This document shows positions 56,667-64,000 of a stretch of 64,000 bases of DNA, one piece after another (positions within the stretch are counted from its first letter, which is position 1; each line of letters opens with the position of its first letter). The notes below the pieces were generated by a model. That model saw only the letters and a list, made by a program, of their open reading frames with translations. It was not told the DNA's origin and made no database searches. Origin of the DNA: a virus (taxonomy: Duplodnaviria > Heunggongvirae > Uroviricota > Caudoviricetes); the IMG/VR virus record IMGVR_UViG_2585427757_000006; one strand, 5' to 3'. The translations under genes were made by a program, and so were the position numbers.

Positions 56667-56856
56667 ATCTATAAGGTTAATAACCGGCTAAGTCCGGTTA
56701 TTATTTTTCACATCACTTCTTTATATCTACAAATCAAATAACCTAAATATATATAAGGTCTAAAGCCGCAATCGATTATTTATTTAGGGAACACCTTCGA
56801 CGATCTCGCTTTTATTTCTAGGACTTTCATCCCTGCAAAAAATTTTAAAAAAACAC

Positions 56857-56885
56857 TTGCAATCTTTTTTCGTATATCGATAATT
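56857..56885 (+). promoter_or_regulatory. sigma70-like promoter (TTGCAA - 16/17 bp - GATAAT) with upstream A/T tract
   Basis: Hexamers read directly about 65 bp upstream of ATG at 56950. Confidence 0.5.
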
Positions 56886-56949
56886 GAACTCGTCGAAAGC
56901 GAATACGCTAACGACAATAAATTTTAAATTTACATAAGGAAAAATCATC

Positions 56950-57600
56950 ATGGCTAACATTATCATTTCTAAAAAATCCATCGTTGAAGCTGCTTCCATT
57001 GTATCCGATGAACTGCGCGAAAAAGCAGATCTGGCAACTCAAACATATAATGAACATTATAAAAATGGTACGCACACTAAAGCAGACAAAGCAAATATGC
57101 AAGCTGCGACCACGAAACTTGCTTACTTCATCAACAACGTCGTAAACGCAGTAGAAGACGAAAAATTATGCTCTGTTTTCTACTATGCGATTAAAGCAAG
57201 CAAACAAGCGCCAGAAGTATTTTTTCGTGATGCAATGACTAATAGTTATTCTCTGGAAAAACTGGTTTATCTGGTTAAATCAATTAAATCTGGCAAATGC
57301 GTTTATTCCATCGCTGATATGTCAGGATCTCGTGTATTCGCTTTAATCGATATGATTAACGACGAGATCGACACGTTCACCAATGGCGCTGTTTTCGATT
57401 TAATGAATGAAGCTAAAAAAGCGTGTGAAATTAAATTGGACGCTGGCTATACTCAAGCCAACCAGTTGATCAATCTTTGCGAACGTCTTGGACTTGTTGA
57501 AAAAGTCAAAGGAGCTGGGAGCGCGAAAGCTGGTACTCAGCAATATCGCTTCATTAAAAATGATTTCTACAATTATTTGGCTGATGCTTTCAAAGCGTAA
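56950..57600 (+). CDS. hypothetical protein (moron-like cassette)
   Basis: 216-aa ORF with own promoter and downstream hairpin. Confidence 0.55.
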   Translation: MANIIISKKSIVEAASIVSDELREKADLATQTYNEHYKNGTHTKADKANMQAATTKLAYFINNVVNAVEDEKLCSVFYYAIKASKQAPEVFFRDAMTNSYSLEKLVYLVKSIKSGKCVYSIADMSGSRVFALIDMINDEIDTFTNGAVFDLMNEAKKACEIKLDAGYTQANQLINLCERLGLVEKVKGAGSAKAGTQQYRFIKNDFYNYLADAFKA

Positions 57601-57648
57601 TTAATGGAATCAAGCGCCCACTATGGGCGCTTTAAAGGAGCTTTGAAA

Positions 57649-57852
57649 ATGGTCAGCTATGACAAGATCCGCGCGGAATATCGCGCAAAGTATCGCGCTT
57701 ATAAACTGGAATTAATCGATGATTTGATCGCGCAACGCGACCAATTAAATTTTACGTTTTCTGATTTGCTTAACAGCAAGCGAGATTGCAAGCGCAAACG
57801 TGAATACTTACGCTTAAGCGCATTAATCGGAAAACTTCAAAATTCTATTTAA
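57649..57852 (+). CDS. hypothetical small basic protein
   Basis: ATG at 57649 preceded by AAAGGAG; track ORF 57604 start lies inside the upstream hairpin. Confidence 0.4.
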   Translation: MVSYDKIRAEYRAKYRAYKLELIDDLIAQRDQLNFTFSDLLNSKRDCKRKREYLRLSALIGKLQNSI

Positions 57853-57873
57853 TTTTTTTTAAGGAGCTTAATC

Positions 57874-58104
57874 ATGTTTGTTCTTATCGCTGGCGTTAAC
57901 GTCCATAATGAATATTATGTTAATCGCATCGCTGGGATCGCTGGTTACGCTGGGCGCGCAGTCGAGCTTATAGATGAAACGACGCGCAAAATTGACTTAT
58001 TGAGCGACCAGGAGCGAAAAAAAGCAGACGTGAACGACGCTGATATATTTTTAATGTTAAAAGCGTTTGTAGAAATGGGATTTAAAATCAGTTTACACAA
58101 ATAA
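57874..58104 (+). CDS. hypothetical small protein
   Basis: 76-aa ORF preceded by AAGGAG. Confidence 0.4.
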   Translation: MFVLIAGVNVHNEYYVNRIAGIAGYAGRAVELIDETTRKIDLLSDQERKKADVNDADIFLMLKAFVEMGFKISLHK

Positions 58105-58110
58105 AATCGA

Positions 58111-58139
58111 GCGCCCCCCATGGGCGCTTTTTTTTTTTT
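58111..58139 (+). terminator. strong intrinsic terminator
   Basis: gcgcccccca-tgggcgc followed by a 12-nt T-run. Confidence 0.7.
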
Positions 58140-58156
58140 CCATACTTCCACCATAA

Positions 58157-58181
58157 CGCGCCAATGATGGCGCTTTTTTTA
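58157..58181 (+). terminator. second tandem intrinsic terminator
   Basis: gcgcca-atga-tggcgc followed by ttttttt. Confidence 0.6.
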
Positions 58182-58595
58182 TTGTCTTTGACTCAAGCCA
58201 ACAACATAAAAATAAGCGCCAAAATAACGCCATAGACGCGCTTTTATATCCTTACCAGTACATACCCATTACTTAACACATTAACGCGCTTAAATCGCGT
58301 TATATTGCGTTATGGTGTATGGTTAATCATTGGCTTTTATTCTTGCTTTATGATCCGCGTTTATTTGTCGGCGCGGATCGGCATTTTGTTTTGTTCCGTA
58401 TCCGCTCGCGTATTATGTGCGCGTGATTTTTCACATAATCACACCACTTAATCACGTATGTGATTATGCTACGAAAGAAATCTGGATGTCTCAGGCGACG
58501 AAAGTCATCATAATTTTCCCCGCTCACCTGTCCGACAACCGCTGGTTGGATTCCACCAGCTTCCCGATGTTTTTTCTACACAAAGGCGAATGCAG

Positions 58596-58708
58596 CCGTT
58601 TCCCGAAAAAATCCTGGCCGTTCCCCGTCGGCTCATGAATACGTTCCTCGCCGTTTCTGAAAATTTCCCTGCGGCAGCTGGTGGCTATAGAGAAAGGGCC
58701 GTTTCTGG
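58596..58708. repeat. iteron-like array A: about 5 direct copies of CCGTT(T)CC(C)G motif at about 22-24 bp spacing
   Basis: Copies at about 58596, 58618, 58642, 58651, 58699; about 35 bp near-identical to array B. Confidence 0.7.
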
Positions 58709-58720
58709 CCCTCTTCTCAG

Positions 58721-59203
58721 TTACACGCCATCAAGGATGTGGATGCGGTTGCTTGCGTATACATTCAGCATAAAGTTAGCGCAAAACAGTTTCCATGTAT
58801 CAACGCCAGCGGTATACGTAATGTTTTTGCATTTAATTGCATTGTTGGCGATCCGCATCCCCTGCGATACTGCTTCATCGTCGGAAAATTTGAACGACGA
58901 TTGAGTTTTAATCCAGACAGAAATCTGCGTAGCGAACTCAATCAGCTTGGACTGGCAGAATCGCCCGGAGCGCACCGGAAAGACGAACGTTCCGAATCCA
59001 GAATTTACCACATATGCTTTCTCAAATACCCGCGAGTAACGACGATTGCCAATGATGTCGCGTGCAATAATGCATTTTTCTTGTGCTGACAGTTCTACCG
59101 TCTCATTGTCGCGCCATGCACCAAGTACTCGTTTTTCAATGTCAGAGAACGTTACAGCGATATTGCCATGTGCGGGTGCGTTTACAGTAGCGATAAAATT
59201 CAT
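58721..59203 (-). CDS. hypothetical protein
   Basis: 160-aa ORF; motif-II element about 22 bp upstream. Confidence 0.45.
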   Translation of the reverse strand: MNFIATVNAPAHGNIAVTFSDIEKRVLGAWRDNETVELSAQEKCIIARDIIGNRRYSRVFEKAYVVNSGFGTFVFPVRSGRFCQSKLIEFATQISVWIKTQSSFKFSDDEAVSQGMRIANNAIKCKNITYTAGVDTWKLFCANFMLNVYASNRIHILDGV

Positions 59204-59407
59204 GATTAATTCCTTATCGTAAATAACAAATTGTTTTCTTGTTGGTGTTAATTATCGTTGTACGAATAAGGCGTCAAAGTGGAAAGTTGCGGTAGCCGGA
59301 CGGGAACAGGTGGGTTTGTCGGTTGCCTGGAGGTAAGAGGTTGGTGTTATTAGCCTGAGGGAAACAGGATGGTCATTTAAGACCACCAATGCTGGTGGCC
59401 TTAATAA

Positions 59408-59551
59408 TTATCGCCCGATTACGCTAAGGATCTTTTCCTCAACTGATTTGTTGTTGCGACTAAACTGCCTTGCGTATCTGATGACAGAAGAGGCGTTTTG
59501 CTTTCTGACCATCTCGGCTCTTTCCTTCAGGCGTTTCTTGAAATCGCCCAT
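59408..59551 (-). CDS. putative small basic protein (MGDFKKRLKERAEMVRKQ...)
   Basis: Own translation, 47 aa, below track cutoff. Confidence 0.3.
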   Translation of the reverse strand: MGDFKKRLKERAEMVRKQNASSVIRYARQFSRNNKSVEEKILSVIGR

Positions 59552-59553
59552 AT

Positions 59554-59970
59554 TTACCACCAGGCGCAGAAGGTCAGTCTGTTATTGTGAAAGTCGTGGT
59601 TCTTAATCAGATCTTCCACAAGCTCTTTCAACTGCCCCACATCATGCCAGTAACCTTCGTCGTACTCCTGACTGCCGAAGAAAAAACCTTCCCGAGTAGG
59701 CAAGTACTCTTCGCAATTGCTTTCGTTTATGTGCATCAAATGAGCTTTCAGAAGACAAATGTCATTCATCGTTAATTCTAAAAGCTCACAATTTTCGACT
59801 TCACCTACGTTGCGCTCCATCCACCCAACGAGCGCATTGAACTTACGGAAGTAAGCAACCTGCTTTCTGGATGCCTCGTTATTCAGATCGTTTTTAGGCT
59901 GTGTCTCGATATAGATATCAAGTCCCATGATGGTTTCCTTATTAACTTGCTTCAGTAAAATCATTTTCAC
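59554..59970 (-). CDS. hypothetical protein
   Basis: 138-aa ORF; possible internal start at MGLDIYIE. Confidence 0.45.
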   Translation of the reverse strand: MKMILLKQVNKETIMGLDIYIETQPKNDLNNEASRKQVAYFRKFNALVGWMERNVGEVENCELLELTMNDICLLKAHLMHINESNCEEYLPTREGFFFGSQEYDEGYWHDVGQLKELVEDLIKNHDFHNNRLTFCAWW

Positions 59971-60012
59971 AAATCAGATAAGGCAGAAAACAAATTGTTA
60001 TCGGGCTTAATA

Positions 60013-60037
60013 AAATGGCGCGGTTTACGCGCCATTT
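60013..60037 (-). terminator. intrinsic terminator for minus-strand gene 60046-60441
   Basis: aaatggcgcg-gttta-cgcgccattt hairpin with T-rich tail on minus strand. Confidence 0.5.
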
Positions 60038-60045
60038 AAAGAGGA

Positions 60046-60441
60046 TTAAGCGAATACGCTTTCAGGGATTAAGGTGTCGGCAGGAATGCCAGAGGTAATG
60101 CGCAGGCCGTACTGACCAATCCAGGTAGTGTTGGTATTCAGGCTGGAGGCGAATACGGTGTTAACCATATTCATCATGGTTTCAAACACCTCTTCATCAA
60201 CCTGGCGGAAGTAGTTCTCGATTTTCAGCAGCAGCGGGTCAGTTGCATCGAGAATGGACTGGTATTGAGTCGCGTACTCGCCGCCGGAGGCATCACCTTT
60301 ACGCACGATCGTACTGGCCTGGACTTCGGCACCAGTTTCGGTGTTGTACGTAACAACGGTAATTTTTGCCACATTCTTACCTTCGGCGGTTTCAGAGGCA
60401 TAGTAAACATCAACTGTCAGTTTTTCGCGTTTAACGGTCAT
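60046..60441 (-). CDS. hypothetical protein
   Basis: 131-aa ORF; motif-I element about 45 bp upstream. Confidence 0.5.
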   Translation of the reverse strand: MTVKREKLTVDVYYASETAEGKNVAKITVVTYNTETGAEVQASTIVRKGDASGGEYATQYQSILDATDPLLLKIENYFRQVDEEVFETMMNMVNTVFASSLNTNTTWIGQYGLRITSGIPADTLIPESVFA

Positions 60442-60504
60442 TTCACTCTCCGTAGTGTATTGGTTATTTTTATATTCTATAATCGTAAGTATTTACTTAC
60501 AATA

Positions 60505-60532
60505 CAAAAAGCCCCGTAAGGATGGCGGGGCT
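60505..60532 (-). terminator. intrinsic terminator for minus-strand gene 60567-60878
   Basis: Minus strand reads AGCCCCGCCATCCTTACGGGGCTTTTTGTATT. Confidence 0.65.
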
Positions 60533-60566
60533 GTCGTACTGTCGACTAATTGCCACTTGCACATTA

Positions 60567-60878
60567 TCAGGCTATTGCCATCACTGATGCTCTCTGAATT
60601 TCTTGCTGGGCCACGCGGTTAACTTCCATCAAGGCCAGTTCGAGCTGATGTTCCGGCCACATTCTTTGAAACGCCATCCAGCCTTTTCCACGCTGGCGAC
60701 GAACATTCATTACATAACGAGTAAAGGTGTTTTTATCGAAAGACACCGCTGTTTCACGGAACAGACGAATAGAGGTTCCATTGGCAACGATGTCCAGCAA
60801 AGTTAATTGAGCAACCAGCGCAGGCTTCTCTTTTCTCTTCTGGTCTTTGTCCAGACCAAGAACCAATGATTTTTTCAT
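60567..60878 (-). CDS. hypothetical basic protein
   Basis: Internal ATG (MKKSLVLGLDKDQ...) preceded by GGAG; track ORF extends to 60926. Confidence 0.45.
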   Translation of the reverse strand: MKKSLVLGLDKDQKRKEKPALVAQLTLLDIVANGTSIRLFRETAVSFDKNTFTRYVMNVRRQRGKGWMAFQRMWPEHQLELALMEVNRVAQQEIQRASVMAIA

Positions 60879-61032
60879 CACAACTCCGTAAACAACTTGT
60901 TTTCTCAATGGCGTAAATAATACCAATAAGAAAACGGCTACAAAGCATAATGATCAGGTGCATGAGCGATATGCAGGTTCTTCCCTGCGGCTACAGATTA
61001 AGTTAAGCCAGCAATGCTGGCTTTGGTTGGGG

Positions 61033-61383
61033 TTACTCGAATACTTCAAGAAACTCCTGAACGTCCCAATGCTGGACGAGGTGAAGATAGACCTTAGAAA
61101 TCACGTCATTTTCGCTATCGCATGTGAAGTAGTACTTCTGGCTGCGGTTGTATGTGTCCACACAAAATTCGCTCATATCCATAAAGTCAGCATCTTCACC
61201 CATGTCGCAAATCATCAAAGCAGGTGCGTCATCACGAGTCATCAGCTCAAGCACCCACCGCGAATTGATCAGAGTGGAAGACCAACCTTCTAACTCATAA
61301 AACTGATCAAACTCTTTTTGAGTTAATTTCTTGATTTGGTTGATGTCGATATTTGCAAACATAAAGCAATCCTTAAACAACAT
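61033..61383 (-). CDS. hypothetical acidic protein
   Basis: 116-aa ORF; start codon embedded in motif-II element. Confidence 0.45.
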   Translation of the reverse strand: MLFKDCFMFANIDINQIKKLTQKEFDQFYELEGWSSTLINSRWVLELMTRDDAPALMICDMGEDADFMDMSEFCVDTYNRSQKYYFTCDSENDVISKVYLHLVQHWDVQEFLEVFE

Positions 61384-61726
61384 GTTTTCTTATTGGTGTT
61401 ATTATCGCAATAACGCATAGGCGAAAAAGGATTTTATTCCGGTGAATGTGGTTTTGGCAGTGAGTTTTCAGGTTCAGTACCGAGTACACTTTTTACATTA
61501 TTCTGATTTAGTAGCCGAAGGTGGCTGGTGGGCAGAATAATCATCTCCCCGAAAACCTACTGAAATCGATTGTGACCCGTTGGCTGTCTGGCACAATTAC
61601 GCTGTAGCTGGGCATTCAGAGGGAATCCAGCGGTAAGTAAGTTCGCCTGCACGTGAGCGCCTCTCTTCTTCCCGCACATTACAGGTGGGTAGCCGCAACT
61701 CTCCCTCTCGCTATACCGGTACGCCA

Positions 61727-61857
61727 CCGTTCCTGAACCGGCACCGAGCCTTTTCCCGAAATCCACACAGGCAACTCGACCGTTTCCCTGAAAATCCCCA
61801 GCCGTTCCCCGAAGGCAACCCAGCCGTTTCTGTAGCGGGATGCAGCCTTTTCCCTGT
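61727..61857. repeat. iteron-like array B: 6 direct copies of CCGTT(T)CC(C)(T)G motif, mostly 22-bp spacing
   Basis: Copies at 61727, 61749, 61780, 61802, 61824, 61846. Confidence 0.75.
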
Positions 61858-61986
61858 ATGGACCGAAGGCTGACCGTAGGGGTGTTGTCAGCGCCAATGA
61901 TATAAGACAGTAATTCACCATTTGGATTGTCCGCTCCACCCAACATGTTGTTTCCTTAAGGTTCCTACACCACAAAGGGAACACTC

Positions 61987-63953
<1,967 letters not shown>

Positions 63954-64000
63954 TGACCAATAGCGGACATTAAAAATGGCGAAAAACGGCCAATAATCTT

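Noticed and set aside
58417-58904. Plus-strand ORFs 58417-58638 and 58590-58904
   Set aside because: They cross iteron-like array A and run antisense to the 58721-59203 gene; no ribosome-binding site.
58596-61857. Possibility that the direct-repeat arrays are CRISPR arrays
   Set aside because: Repeats are short (~10-12 bp), imperfect and separated by ~10-bp spacers with 22-bp periodicity; no CRISPR-like 28-37 bp repeats or cas genes.
61557-61984. Minus-strand ORFs 61557-61946 and 61679-61984 and plus ORF 61685-61873
   Set aside because: They span iteron-like array B and the IS left end; the repeat sequence produces open frames by chance.

Overview
This 64 kb window is mostly a tailed-phage genome segment (siphovirus-type, lambda-like tail module), with nearly all genes on the minus strand. 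The mix of phage structural genes with plasmid-type partition and toxin-antitoxin functions suggests a phage-plasmid; SSU5/pHCM2-like is a memory-based guess, not verified. All calls are from reading the sequence and the ORF track; no searches were run. Gene content, left to right: CobT-like VWA protein, tyrosine recombinase, glutaredoxin, four tRNA genes (Ser-TGA, Thr-TGT, Tyr-GTA, Asn-GTT), ATP-dependent DNA ligase, primase, DnaB-like helicase, ParA/ParG-like partition pair, DUF1778/GNAT toxin-antitoxin pair, lysis cassette, side tail fibre with C-terminal S74 chaperone, gpJ/I/K/L/M-like tail tip proteins, tape measure, G/T chaperones, Ig-domain major tail protein, capsid/decoration/scaffold/portal, terminase small and large subunits, two ParB/Srx-domain proteins with an ABC-type ATPase, an SF2 helicase, a plus-strand accessory block, and an IS21-family element (istA/istB) running off the right edge. 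The most interesting unexplained signals are: two recurrent intergenic motifs (TAAGTA-NN-TACTTAYC and AAACAA-N-TTGTTTTCT); two iteron-like direct-repeat arrays 3 kb apart, one about 30 bp from the IS; related inverted-repeat pairs flanking the tRNA block; two AT-rich accessory genes (a 302-aa ORF with a HEPN-like R-x4-H motif, and a DUF2971-like ORF); and a lipoprotein gene split by a frameshift at a homopolymer.
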